A stretch of DNA of 63,268 nt, counting the filler, from Asterionella formosa (lineage: Eukaryota): NCBI GenBank assembly GCA_002256025.1. It is 9 parts of 9 records of this genome, joined end to end, with 100 filler letters (N's around TTAATTAATTAA, not from the genome) between each part and the next. Parts side by side here need not be neighbours in the genome. Positions count along the whole stretch, not along the records: positions 42,274 to 49,211 come from NKIB01012571.1; positions 49,312 to 56,244 come from NKIB01012572.1; positions 56,345 to 63,268 come from NKIB01012573.1; 6 more parts are not named here. One strand, 5' to 3'. Under the pieces are notes generated by a model. That model made no database searches, was not told the DNA's origin, and worked only from the letters and a program-made list of their open reading frames with translations. Positions 49,209-61,622 of the stretch are shown in pieces. Positions within the stretch are counted from its first letter, which is position 1; the number at the start of each line of letters is the position of its first letter. A program made the translations under genes and the position numbers.

Positions 49209-50649
49209 GATNNNNNNNNNNNNNNNNNNNNNNNNNNNNNNNNNNNNNNNNNNNNTTAATTAATTAANNNNNNNNNNNNNNNNNNNNNNNNNNNNNNNNN
49301 NNNNNNNNNNNTCCTCGCCGTGTTTTGAAGCCGATATGTGAGCCGAGAGTTTGACTTGGCAAGTCGAACAAGAGTGCTCCCAGTCCGAGTCGCTGATTTC
49401 ATTCTTCGAAATGTATGTGTACAGCAATTGTAGAAATAATAATGTGCACGTTATGGCATCAAAAATTAAAATGGAGGCTGACTTACGGTATTATATTCCC
49501 AACTGTTTTCAAGAGGCTTGTTTCTTATTCATACGATAGGGTGATGCCTTTATTACCGTTAGTATCACATACCGGTACATTAATTTAATGTATTCTGATA
49601 TGCCGCATGAACGATGATGGATGGTGAAATTGTGTCAAAATGCCCTCCGGTCTGGAGTGAATGAAATCATGGCCATAGGATAAGCTACCGGTACCGGGAA
49701 GAAACATTATGGCCCGCAGCCACCAAACAGCTCCGTCTGGTCGTCACACCCATTCATGTGTGCATCATTCACATCCATACAACATGTTGTGCCTCAAATT
49801 AGATGTGACTAAAAGGGCAATTAATTCTAACTTCTACGCATTGTTTAAAGCTAGTAAATCTCGATTCGTCGCTGCAATCAAGAGAGAGGAAATGAGGGGT
49901 GGATCGAAAACAATTTCTTTCATTTGTCAGCCAATATTGGCCACATTTTAGACTTAACCTATTACATAAACAGTGAACGTAAGTCTGAAATGTGGCCAGC
50001 AAGATTGGCTGAAAGATGAAGAAGTTGAAAATTGCAAAGTAACAATAATATTTTTTTCGGAGTTTTAGCGCTGGTATGTTTTGATGTAGAAATTTCATGT
50101 AGAAAGTAGTTTCAGCATGATGATGAGGCTCAATAATAAATCTTCACCATGATGACACTAATTAAAGAGTCATTACTCTACCTACTGGTTTGTTTTGCTC
50201 CTCTATTCCAAAGGCCTATTTCCTTAGAAATAGGATAAAGTCATGCCATGCATCTACTAAGACGCTTACAGCAGTTTTCGAATTTATGTCTAAAGTGAAG
50301 TATTTATGCTACTTTTCTAAAATATAATGTTACTTTTTCCGTAATTTATTCGATTTAAACAAAGTTTATTTCACTTATCGAATAATTATGTGATCACACC
50401 AATAATTTTGTGTGTTTGCGACAATATATGTTGACCAACTAGCCATCGCAACAGTATAATAGCGAAATTATGCTGCTTTCACCATATAATTAAAGAAAGA
50501 GTTGCCAATTCCGATTCCCTTATAGTTTTTTCCGCTACGACATATTTCTTTGATATGAACTGGCAAAGAACAACACATGATGCAAGAGGAAGATTCATAC
50601 AGTAGAATTCAGCACACGTAGTAGTAGACACATTATAGCACATTGTTTA

Positions 50650-51316
50650 GTCATTGTTGATTGTAGAGCTTACAATAGCCAGCCAGATTAGGAATAAAGC
50701 ATCTTTGGTCCTCGTTGAGCAACATTGAGCCTTGCATGTCGCCGTAAAGGGTGACCTCATTGTTGTCAGTTTCACGAACATTCCCCACATCATCACAGGT
50801 AAGTAAATCTTCATTATTTGCTTCTTGTTCTTTCTCTTCATTATTTCTCACCCTTCAGTCTTCATTATTTGCTTATTTTTCTTTTTCTTCATTATTTCTC
50901 ACCCTTGCAACACTTGAACCATCACTACTCATGAATGTAGCTATCAGTGGGGAGTTAGATATTAATACGTGAATTGCAGTCAGGGTAGATATTAATTAGG
51001 TATGTCCTGCCAATGACTGTGAATCATTAAGTGTCAAAGTAGCAGGTAATTGTAACAGTGAATTAGTTGCCTTTCCAGCCTGATTTAGCTTCTGCAAATG
51101 GTACTGGACCATAGGAGGTTTTGTTTGCCAAGTCATTGTAGCCGCCTTAGACAATATAATATTCGAGATTGCATCGTATGGTAGTTTGCCATTGTTATTT
51201 GCCTTTACAGTCTTATCCAAAGAATTAGGTATCACCTTGTACTTTTTGGAGAGTTGAGGCTGTTTTCTTGCAGTAGGTTTCATCGTTTTTAATGAGATGA
51301 TCACGATCTGCTTCAT
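50650..51316 (-). pseudogene. Probable DNA-transposase N-terminal remnant
   Basis: Broken ORFs including KANNNGKLPYDAISNII...WQT..MVQYHL, which recalls N-termini of diatom pogo-like transposases. No catalytic motif is seen. Confidence 0.3.
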
Positions 51317-52788
51317 TTTTTAGTGTGTCAGAAGCAATTTCTGATTTGAATTACGGTCTCTGACATATAAAAAGCGCTCGATTTTTTGGCCTTCAAGAAA
51401 TATTGCATTCATTTACTAAGTGTGACTAATTGATTCATTTATTCCTATAGCAACCTGTCCGGAGGTTAAACGCAACAAAATATGTATTAGATTTTTTTTC
51501 TTTTCACAAACGTATATGTGTATTTCCGAGGGATGCCGGCTCAATGGTATAATATTGTTTTTGCCACTTTTGGGCTGATTGCTACTTTCCGACACATTTA
51601 TCTGATTATCTAAAACACAAGACTTAATCGACAATAAGATATTTTGTATTCGGCGCAACGTCAGAAACAATTTTTTCATACTGAAAATAGTCACAATTAG
51701 AAAGTTAGAAAAAATCTATGTATACACTGTGAATATTATTTTAAACTGGTATCATGATACTCTATTCGAAGCCCCCTCTGTTGCCTATCTATAGCTTCTA
51801 TTTACTGGTACCTGGTGAATAACTAGAAGGAAGAGTATTTGTTCAATATATGAGCTTATTAGTTAGTCCTTGTTTGCAAAGGTTGAAACTCACGTATACA
51901 ATAGATGTTAGTCGAGCTCTCTCCTGATAGAGTTCTGATATGATTTATGCTTCTTTTCAATCAAACACACTCGACTAAGAAGTCTCAAGAAATCAAGGAT
52001 AGTGACACTGCATTCGAAGGGTGTTCATGTTGGCCTCCACGCATTCGAGACATGCTTCACAGCGCTTGGTGTGTTGCATCAGATTGCTGAACGTCCAAGT
52101 ATGGAAGAGATTTGTAACATTATTCATTTGCAAATTGAGAAGTTCATTGGAAGCAACTCGAAAAAAGAATCAAAATCAAATGCAAGAAACTCACATACAA
52201 CATCGACTTGAGAGATTCGACCTGGCTCAGCAGTGCATATTGCTATTCGAACGTTTTCGCTTCGTCCCTTGTCTACACAGTCAACAACGCAGTCCCTGAG
52301 TCTATTCCCATTGCTAGTATCTGGATGCGCGCTTACAAGAAAGGCCTTTGTTCAACCCTACTAGTTTTGACAAAACAATTGTACTCTCATCACCTTCTTG
52401 TGGTAGTCGAAACAAGTTCATTTTGCCACGATAACCGCTACTCCGGGACCGATTCAATGGACAAGTATGATGGGTGAACAAACAAGATGGTCGAAGTTCA
52501 CAAACTTTGCCATTTGATAAACAGCAAGTTTCAAGAAAAGCAGCTAGACTATAACAATAAATGTTCAAACCTTCATGAGCGAGGTGACCACATATTCTAG
52601 GAGTAACATAGTGTTGATGTTTTTGATTGAAACGCTAACCCTATCCCTAACAGTTTTCAAGCACAAAATCAAAAAATCACCATGCCGTCATTATTGCCAT
52701 GCCCATGTGATCACTTAAGTCTACCTAAAATTGACAATAAATTTCGTACTTGACCATGATGATCCAAACACACCCGCCGTAATTACTA

Positions 52789-52978
52789 TATACATACATA
52801 CATACATACATACATACATACATACATACATACATACATACATACATACATACATACATAAATACATAAATACATAAATACATAAATACATAAATACATA
52901 AATACATAAATACATAAATACATAAATACATAAATACATACATAAATACATAAATACATACGTAAATGCATACATACA
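52789..52978 (+). repeat. Compound microsatellite (TACA)n-(TACATAAA)n
   Basis: Read directly; it generates the spurious MYVC/YLCIYVF ORFs. Confidence 0.97.
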
Positions 52979-52985
52979 CACATAA

Positions 52986-54686
52986 GGCCATTGCTTAGCT
53001 ACCGCACCGGAAAAAACCTCGTGAATCATTTTTTTCCTGAAAATCATTCTTGTCCATTCCTTGCCATGTCGGAACGTGAGTTTTCCTGGTTTGATTTCCC
53101 AAAACTCAATTTTTTTCAGTCACATCAGGAAATTCGTCGATTTTCGTCGAAAACTTTAGTAACGTTCAGGAAATTGATTTCACATGCACCCAAAGCACTA
53201 GATTTAATAAAATTGTTAATAGAGCTTCACTAGACCGACTATTCATATATATTCAAACAAGTATATCATGATTGCAATCAACAATCGCTCACTCAGACCC
53301 ATCCGCCATGGCCTCCTTGTCCTCCTTGCTGTCCCCCCAGAGGGCTTCTACTGATGATCTTGGCAAGATATTGTCTACAATGTCTTTGTCAATGATGTGT
53401 TGGACCAAGAGAAACAAATGAGGGTGGATCTGATGGATACTACACAAGGCATCAGTATCGCATCATGGCTCAAGCTTTAGAAAACAATAAAAAAGAATTT
53501 GCTGTTGGCAATGACTTTGATGGTGATAATGTGAAGGACACTATTGATGCTCCAAATGCGAGTGAAAAGCAAGCATAAATAAATAGGAGAGTTAATTTAG
53601 TTCATCGCTATAGACAGGCCATCGAAAGAAATGAAATTATCTGGAGCTAATTAAATTATATAATTACTAAATCATTCACAAACACTATCAGTATTTTCAT
53701 TGTCCTCCTCATCAGATGACGAGTTTCTGTCTTCAGGAGAGCATATAACATCAGCATTAAATGCTTTATCGATGATAGATAATTCATCTGAGTGGCTGGT
53801 ACTGCAAATGCTATTGTTTCCCACCTCGCAAGCAGTTCCCATACTACTTGGAACAGCTGCAGGAAAGACATTTGCAATGAGAATCTGAAGGAGGCGTTCC
53901 CACCCAGATTAGTTTGCAGACTTGGCCAATGTGATTGCATCCATTTGATCTTCACTTTAATGTTATCCACCAATCATGACATTGTAACATTAGCTCTCAT
54001 GATTGCTGCTCTATTCCTCTCATCAACAAGATCCTCACTTGTTGATCTTTTTGTAACCAATGCCTGCCTCTTCGCATTCCCAGCCTCACGCCTTTGCTCA
54101 TTACGGCTCTTGAGTTTGTGTTTAAGCAAATCAACATTGTCTTCGGGATCCATTGCTCTGTCGTCATTGAGACGCTTGTTGCATGCTTCGATTTGATTTG
54201 CAAGTCTTGCTTAAGTAGCAAGGATATCCATTGGTTCTTGGATAGGCTGTTGATGATTTTATTATGTGAGTAAATTATAAAAATGTAAATGACGATGACA
54301 GCAAATGTACAAATAATATCGGTGTGCCAATAGCACATACTGGTGTTGATGCCATCGCCTGTAGACTAGCTATGTCAGGATCCATGGGCGTGCCAGGCAG
54401 AATGTAAATAAATCATTAAGTCAGCATAGAAAGGATCCAAAAAGTTGGTTGTTGATGATAGAACATCATTGTCAGTTTAACCATCTGATGGAATTCTGGC
54501 GCAGTACTGAAGGGACAGCTTTTTCCAAAACGTTTCTTACAACCCCCCCCCCCAATCTAATATCTTTGCTGTGGTAGGAAATGGCGTTTTTGGGCCTCGG
54601 AGGATCATTGCCGGGTTCGAATTCCTCAGGAATTGAAAAATTTAGCAATTTCCCGAACGCTACTTCCCGACTGGTAAGCAAGGGCC
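52986..54686. mobile_element. Non-autonomous PIF/Harbinger element, 1.7 kb, TAA target duplication
   Basis: TAA|GGCCATTGCTTA ... TAAGCAAGGGCC|TAA. Inside are two convergent decayed ORFs: a plus-strand transposase-like tail (RRVNLVHRYRQAIERNEIIW*, ends ~53650) and a minus-strand ORF at ~53656-54232. Confidence 0.8.
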
Positions 54687-54689
54687 TAA

Positions 54690-54890
54690 GGCCATTGCTA
54701 ACGGTGGACCAAAACGCAAACCAAACAGTGTTTTGGTTTCGGTAACCCTAAAAAACGATGCTAACAGGAGTGAAAAACCCAATGCAAACGCATTACGTTT
54801 AGGGGATTCCGTGCCCATATCCCAATAAGTTACCCAAACGCATTACGTTTAGGTTTTTTTTCTTCCAAAGTTACCTAAACGTAGGATTCC
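54690..54890 (+). mobile_element. Harbinger-type MITE end (GGCCATTGCTAAC); second copy at 56069-56244
   Basis: Both copies start TAA|GGCC(A/G)TTGCTAAC and share AAAAAACGATGCTA. The terminus is the same type as that of 52986-54686. Confidence 0.65.
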
Positions 54891-55302
54891 ATATTGACTA
54901 CTTTGAATGTAGTCACTAGAAACCCAATTATTATCATCGTAGAATCAGTACACATAGGACGCATCATTTACCAGTATATCATACATAGATACAACAATAG
55001 CTATACGGTACTCTGGTACCTGGTACCAGGTACCAGGGGACCACACTGTCAAGAACAACAACAACAACAACAACAACAAATCATCTCGGATTTCACCACA
55101 ATCAACATGTCATCAAACCCACATTTCACCAACATTGCACACATATGTACCATATCAACGATATTGTGGAACTTGTCCAACCAACTCGCCAAGATCATCT
55201 ACTCCAAGGCAAGTGCCCTATGTTCCATGGTTTTACTCCATCTGCCTGGCGTACCAAGGTTTGATATTCAATTGCTACTTTTTATATAGAAACTTCCTTT
55301 AT

Positions 55303-55912
55303 TTAAACTCCTTCCATTTGCACTTTGTACTTGTAACTGTATTGGGCGTCATCACTTATCAAGAAACCAACTCGATCCACCAGATACTCAATTTGCTTGT
55401 CATCACAGTCCGCAGGTCCAGTCCAGCCGCTTGTACCTGTCGTCGCTCGCTTCTTGGAATGCAACAACTCCACGTCATATGACTCAATCCAGACTTCAAA
55501 CACATTATCTTCCTCTCTTGCATGAGTTATCACGCGGGTCTCCACGAACACTTGCTTCCCAAACTTTCCTGTCAGCGCTAGAGTAATCTTTTCTGCGATC
55601 TCCAGATCGGAATCGTCACCGGTACAAGCCACAAGGACATGGCCACGAAACTGCTCTTCGAACTCCGGATCATGATCGTAGTCATACTCCTTGTCAAGCA
55701 TCTCTCTGTACTCCCTTTTGTCTTCTGACAACTCATCGTCTTCTCCAATTCCATTTTCACGATCCATATCCATATTCCAGCGGCGAACATCCTTCAATGC
55801 ATCTTGAATCAATGGTTTGTCTGGATGAAGCGGCATTTCAAAGCTATTTGAAAAGACACATCTTCATCTTTGATATCATCGTCATCAAAGTCCTTGCGAT
55901 CCCATTCTATAA
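55303..55912 (-). pseudogene. 3' fragment of an acidic protein gene, frameshifted (~55850) and cut at its 5' side by a MITE
   Basis: 177-aa protein-like frame (HVLVAC...FGKQVFVETRV...FEVWIESYDVELLHSK). The upstream EWDRKDFDDDDIKDEDV is in a different frame and abuts the family-Y repeat. Confidence 0.55.
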
Positions 55913-56344
55913 CATAGAGCGACTTAAATTGTTTATATTTAGCGATTTTGACAAGGAATCTATGTACGTATTCGCAAATTTCCAATGATTCAAATATTTC
56001 AAATGGAATCACGTCATTCAAAAATAGCAAATTAAATTCTTAATTCCAGGGAATTTTCGCAACCCTAAGGCCGTTGCTAACCGTTGACCCAAACCAAAAC
56101 CCAAAAACTTTTTTTTTGGATTGGTTTTGGTTTTGGTCAACTGACGAAAAAACGATGCTATCGGTTTTTGGGAAATCCTAAATGCTGTCAACCACCCATC
56201 TACTGTGACGTAGGATGACAAAACCATTATAAAAAAAGTAAAATNNNNNNNNNNNNNNNNNNNNNNNNNNNNNNNNNNNNNNNNNNNNTTAATTAATTAA
56301 NNNNNNNNNNNNNNNNNNNNNNNNNNNNNNNNNNNNNNNNNNNN

Positions 56345-58874
56345 ATGTGTTGTGGGGACAGAAGAGTCTCAGACAACTGAGGGCAGAGTACATGATGACA
56401 GGGGTGGTAGAACCATCAGAGAATTGGAGTGCATAATAACAATAAACTGGACAGAGCATACCCTGAACATGCATCAGCACCTAGAAGGTCAAAGGGAACA
56501 GAAAGGGGAGTATAGTTCTGGAATAGTGATAAAGTGGATGTAGCACCAAACATTTGCACAGAGGTCACATTGGTGAAGACCCGTGGAGTCAGAACAGAGG
56601 CAAGCAACATGAGCAATAGGGAGAAGAGTGTTGGAATAGTTGGCATGGGGGAGAAATGGTTACAAGGGAAAAACAGTGAAAATAATCAGTAGGAAGATGA
56701 GGAATGGTGAATGCATGGGTATAAAGGCGATTTAAAGAGGGACAAGAAGTGTCAGAGGAAGAGGAAGTGGCAACGACAGAGTCCTATTAGGAGGAGAGCT
56801 CTCTGACAGTCATTCCACAAACCCGTAGCCGTTCATCATTCCTGGAAGGGGAGAATGACTGGCCTAGAGAAAATTTGCTTCATATATATATCATTTACAT
56901 GGAGGTCAGGTAAGGATTCTTCAGGATGGAGGTGTTGAAGATGACAGGCAATGGCCTGATCTGTTCATGCTATGAAGATTCCTCCAAGCAGTGGCAGCAT
57001 TCTCAGCATGGGAGGGATTAGCAAGAATGTATGTTTGAAGAAGAGCAGCTTTGGCAAGGGAGGAACAGCGAGAAGCAGAATGGCCCCAAGTACCACAAGC
57101 AACAACACACTGGATGTCCTCACGTTGACGGAAAGGGTGGGAGGGGGTTGGGGTTGATGAGGGCCGCTGGTGAGAGGCATTGGTTTGCCGAGTGGAAGTA
57201 CGAGGGGTGGTGATACAATGAGCAAGAGGTGTGAAAGTGCCAGTATGAGTGAGGGAGAGAGTGCTACTAGGAGGATGCTGTGCCATGACCAATGCCAAAT
57301 TTGGGATAAGGAGAGAAGGTGGGACAGGGCAATCAGGGGCTAGGTCCTCAACTGCTTTTAGCTGTACTTGGATTGGAAAGGAATGAAGATCAAGTTCACA
57401 AAGGAAGTGGAGAGAGAGTTCCCGGCTGGTATACTGGCGGTCTTTGGATAGCTCACCCTGCCGATATGCTAAGAGAGCAGAAGCAAAACTGACAGGATCA
57501 GCAGAATCTGAGTACAAGGGTAATGGTGCAAGAAGGGTAGAGGTGGAGGAGTTAGCAGCATGGGCCAAGAGAGCATGCAAGAAGTAATACCCAGCTAACT
57601 TGCTGTCAGAATATGTGATGTGCTCAAGGTAAAGGAGATTGATAACCTGATTGGAGAGGTCTAGTGCAGCCTTTGATTGAAGTTTCAAGAGGATGAGACT
57701 ACCCATTTCAAAGACAAGTGGGATGGGAGATTATGAGGCCACAGGGCATGTAAAGAATTGATTAGAGGGGGAAAAGGAAGGCCAGCAGAGGGAATGTGAA
57801 TGTGTATGAAGGGAGGACTGACTGCAAGTTGAAGGTTGGATAGACAGACAGATTGGACAGGCTGAAAAAAGGAAGGAAAGACAGACTAGGGAGGCCGAAA
57901 AAAATGATGGAAGGACAGACCCTCAAAATATGACACAGCCAAGCAGAAAAAGAAGAAGGATGGTAGTATGCCCACCCAGAAACGGAAGAAACAGAGAAGC
58001 AGACAGAACGGGCGAATTCCGTGACAGATGGTGGTGTCACAGGAGCAAAGAAGATGGTGTGGGCGGGTATGGAGATGGCTGGCGGCCTCTTGTGAATGAA
58101 GACAAAGAAGGAGGTCAGGAATGTGCTTAAGAAATGGACAAAAGAGGAGAAGGGGGTGTGGTAGTCCAGAACTTCAAGGAATCGGAAAAGATGTGGGGTT
58201 CAAAAATCACGTAGAAAAAGGGTAAAAGATAGTAAAGGCTTTGTTGTAATTTTTGCACAGAAACCAAAGCAGAAGCGAAGAAGCAGGGGTTGAAAGACAC
58301 CTCGTCACAGTGTCTACTACTACAGCAAAGAAAAGAAGAGGAGTTGAGGGGTCAGGCAACCGCAAAAGGGCTCAGTAACCTGTGAATGCAATATCAAAAG
58401 ATGAAATGCAAAATTATGACTATGTGATATATTATTCTACTGTAGGTAGGTAGGACAGACGGTTCAGCTGTAAACCACACTGACAGTACGTTTATGTCTA
58501 CCGTCCCTTTTTTCCATCGGTGCCCATTACAATGCTCATATGATGCACGGTGACCACACATTGTTGCTCCTACGATACGGGTGAAACCCTCAATACATTA
58601 GCCCCACTAATGGGCTACATCCTGTCACACAGGTATATAAGAATGGCACAGTCCAAATATACTCCATGGCCTCATGTCTCAGCGCATACGCATTCGTCGT
58701 GTCCACCCGTCTTTTGCCTTGGCAATTCATGGGGGCGAATGACCTATGGTACAGTATGTACCACGCTAGATCTACTATATCATTAGATGGTTTAAGTCCT
58801 ATATAACGTTAACCTTATAGGCTCTTCTTCTATACAGACCATATACTTGTTTACTCTCACTGCAGAGATTTACA
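56345..58874 (-). mobile_element. Degenerate Copia: 5' LTR 58381-58874, PBS, gag with zinc knuckle, protease remnant
   Basis: Minus strand TGTAAATC...TTCACA, then GGTTACTGAGCCC (a variant of the GGTTATGGGCCC tRNA-iMet-half PBS). Gag has CVVACGTWGHSASRC; QCDLCANV resembles the D-S-G-A-N protease motif. Many stops. Confidence 0.7.
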
Positions 58875-58882
58875 CTATAGAC

Positions 58883-59608
58883 ACTGTGCCAGTATTGACA
58901 ATTAATGCTAGTACCCCCAATACTACCATTTTTTGTTGTAGTGAAAGCTAGTGCACTAGTTAACTATCATTATGCACGTACAGNNNNNNNNNNNNNNNNN
59001 NNNNNNNNNNNNNNNNNNNNNNNNNNNNNNNNNNNNNNNNNNNNNNNNNNNNNNNNNNNNNNNNNNNNNNNNNNNNNNNNNNNNNNNNNNNNNNNNNNNN
59101 NNNNNNAGTGCACTAGTTAACTATCATTATGCACGTACAAAGCATGCACTGTGTGGGAGTGGGCGGTGCCACCTTTGCTGGTACCAGGTACCTGGTACCT
59201 CGTCTCACCAGGGGCGATGCTGTTACAATGCGTGAAGTACCCTGGTACCGGTACCTGGTACTACGGTATGTTCCAGGTACCTGGTACCAGCACCTGGTGT
59301 TGCCGGATTTTGCTAGCTTCGTTGTTGTGTGTAATGCTGATTCAACTGGTCTGGTGTTTATATCAGGTAAGAAGCAGGCAATGAAATAACAAGGTACATT
59401 ACATTGAAAATGAAATTTGAATTTAATGTAGTAAGTATGTATGTTATTATTTAGTAGTATACGCATTTATCTAGCTTAACACGGCTGGAGTTGTGGATGC
59501 CCACCACCACTGCAACCTTTCAACATTTGGTTGACGAGAATGGCTGTGAGTAACAATCTTATCCTGACCATGTGTCTCATAGATTTAGTCCAGGGCTACA
59601 TGTGCCAT
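58883..59608 (-). mobile_element. 3' end of Crypton family A (third copy, inverted)
   Basis: Reverse complement of ~3865-4379 and ~16460-16996, with the same terminus TTGTCAATACTGGCACAGT. Contains a 123-N scaffold gap. Confidence 0.8.
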
Positions 59609-59609
59609 T

Positions 59610-61442
59610 CAACCAATCAGAATATGTGTATTGATGCGGAAACTTACCCTGGACTCTCTTCGGACAGAGAATTATTCAGCAAAAACACCTAAGCAAGACT
59701 CTAAGTCTACGAGAACGTTTTTGCACATACTAATTTGGATTCCAATAATTTGGCAACTGTTGAAAAAGCCGATCAGGTCGACTTTTTGGAAGTGGATTGC
59801 TCTACATCTACGGGGTCTCATGACGATTAAAATAGATAGCCGTGTACCCTACAACGTCAGGAGTTAACTTCTGGAGAGAAGTGGCAGTTATGTATCGTAG
59901 ATTTTTTGAAAAGCTTTGTAGCCCCTTTTTGACTAGTTTTGTGGTAGTTACGAATCTATGATACACAACTGCCACTTCTGTCCAGAAATGGGGTCCTTTT
60001 ACCATATCTGTATATAGATCATACCCCTAAGTCGAGCAATGACAGTATCTAAGCATATGCAAAGTGGTCGTAATGGTGATAGCTAATTCGACCTTTAACT
60101 ATTTTATTTACTTGTATGTGATGTGTGGATTGACATACATCATAAAAATATTTTGGGAAAAAATGACCTTGCAATTTGTAACTGTGGGGCCGCAACCTTA
60201 CGGTTCCTGCATTTGAACCCCTAGGCAAAAATTAAAACATTGCTTAGGGTTGCCGAAATTCCCTGGAACTAAGAACTTTTATGCACTAATTTTGAATATC
60301 GATGATTCCGTTTGAAATTTTTAAATCAGTGGAAATTTGCGCGTGCGTACATAGATTCCTTCTCATATGCTCTGAAATACACATATATAGATTCTGCATC
60401 GCTGACCGTACATAGAGTTACAGTTCTGGTAGTATTCTCCAATGAACAATTATGTGTCACATGTACGACCCGGCGTCTCGGAAAATACCGGTATTTGAAA
60501 GTGCTTTCTACTTATGTAAGAGATATGTACTGGTACTTCTTGTACACAACCGGTACTACGTAACCAATGATGATAAGCTACCGGTACCTGCAAGTTGCGG
60601 TAATTTTGCTTGAACTTACAATTTAATATGGGATAAAGGTAGCTAAACCTTTAGTTTGAGCAAAATTACTGCAACTTGCTGGTACCTGGTACCAGGTACC
60701 AGGAGTGTACCATGTACCTGGTAACAGGTACCAGGTCGTGGATATCGCATCGGCCAACGACACCCAAGAAAATGTTTCATGTGTATCCAGTGTGGCGGGC
60801 GTGGGATTGCAAAACCTCGCAAACCGGGCTATTCGAACGAATGTAAGTATAACCAATCAGAATATGAATAATGCAGCGGGCCCTGACAATGGAACTTTTT
60901 GTACAGCAGATTTTACGAATAAAAATTTGAGAACAAGACTACCATTCCAATGATGACTTTTCGGTGATTAGTGATTCTGATTCCGATTCTTTGGAGGCTG
61001 CAGAAAAGGCCGATTTTGTCGAATTTTTGGACGACAGTAGCTCAATGTCGGCTTCTGAACGCGATTTCAATACGACATGGTAACTTTCAAATAGCATCAG
61101 TATATAACTTCCGGCGAGAAACTGCAGAAAGGAACTTCGGTTTTTACTATAACAAATAAACAGATTTCCCCCGAATTTTCTAGTCTTTTTAGCATAGTAA
61201 AAGAACGGAAGTTCCTTTCTGCAGTTTCTCGCCAGATCCTATATCCTGACGATATATCAAGTGGACCAACACCTACTTTGTCCGAAGACTGTATTTAAGC
61301 ATATGGAAAGGGTTTCTAATGGTGAAAGCTCCGTTGAGCGTTATACATATTGATTTATATGTGAAAAGTACGTGTATGATTAGTTTGACTGAATATTTTT
61401 TTTACCCTACCTCGAGCCAGGGGTTCAAATGCAGGAACCTTA
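59610..61442. repeat. Cluster of MITE-like repeats: diverged ~600-bp direct repeats (59610-60200, 60850-61440) and a 21-bp inverted pair GGTTCCTGCATTTGAACCCCT (~60203, ~61419-61439)
   Basis: Shared AACCAATCAGAATATG and TAAGCATATG..AAG...TAATGGTGA.AGCT blocks, TTA next to the inverted repeats, and an internal ~27-bp inverted repeat at 61110-61235. Confidence 0.55.
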
Positions 61443-61622
61443 ATTGGAAGATGGTAACACTAACAAATAAGCATGTAGAAAAGTCCACTGAGCAAGCTAG
61501 TAAGTCAAACTTGAGGGTAACGTTTAGTTTTGTAAAAAATCAATTATTGATATTATTACATCATTCACAAGCTTGCCATGTCCATCCAAATCATTATCCA
61601 CAAAATAATAATAAACAATTTT

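Noticed and set aside
52633..52651. Degenerate CTAACCCTATCCCTAAC as a telomere remnant
   Set aside because: Fewer than three imperfect units and no supporting context.
52721..53047. ORFs of MYVC/YLCIYVF repeats
   Set aside because: They are translations of a TACA/TACATAAA microsatellite.
58950..59140. 33-bp direct repeat flanking the 123-N gap as a target-site duplication
   Set aside because: The other family-A copies have this sequence once, so it is most simply an unmerged contig overlap.
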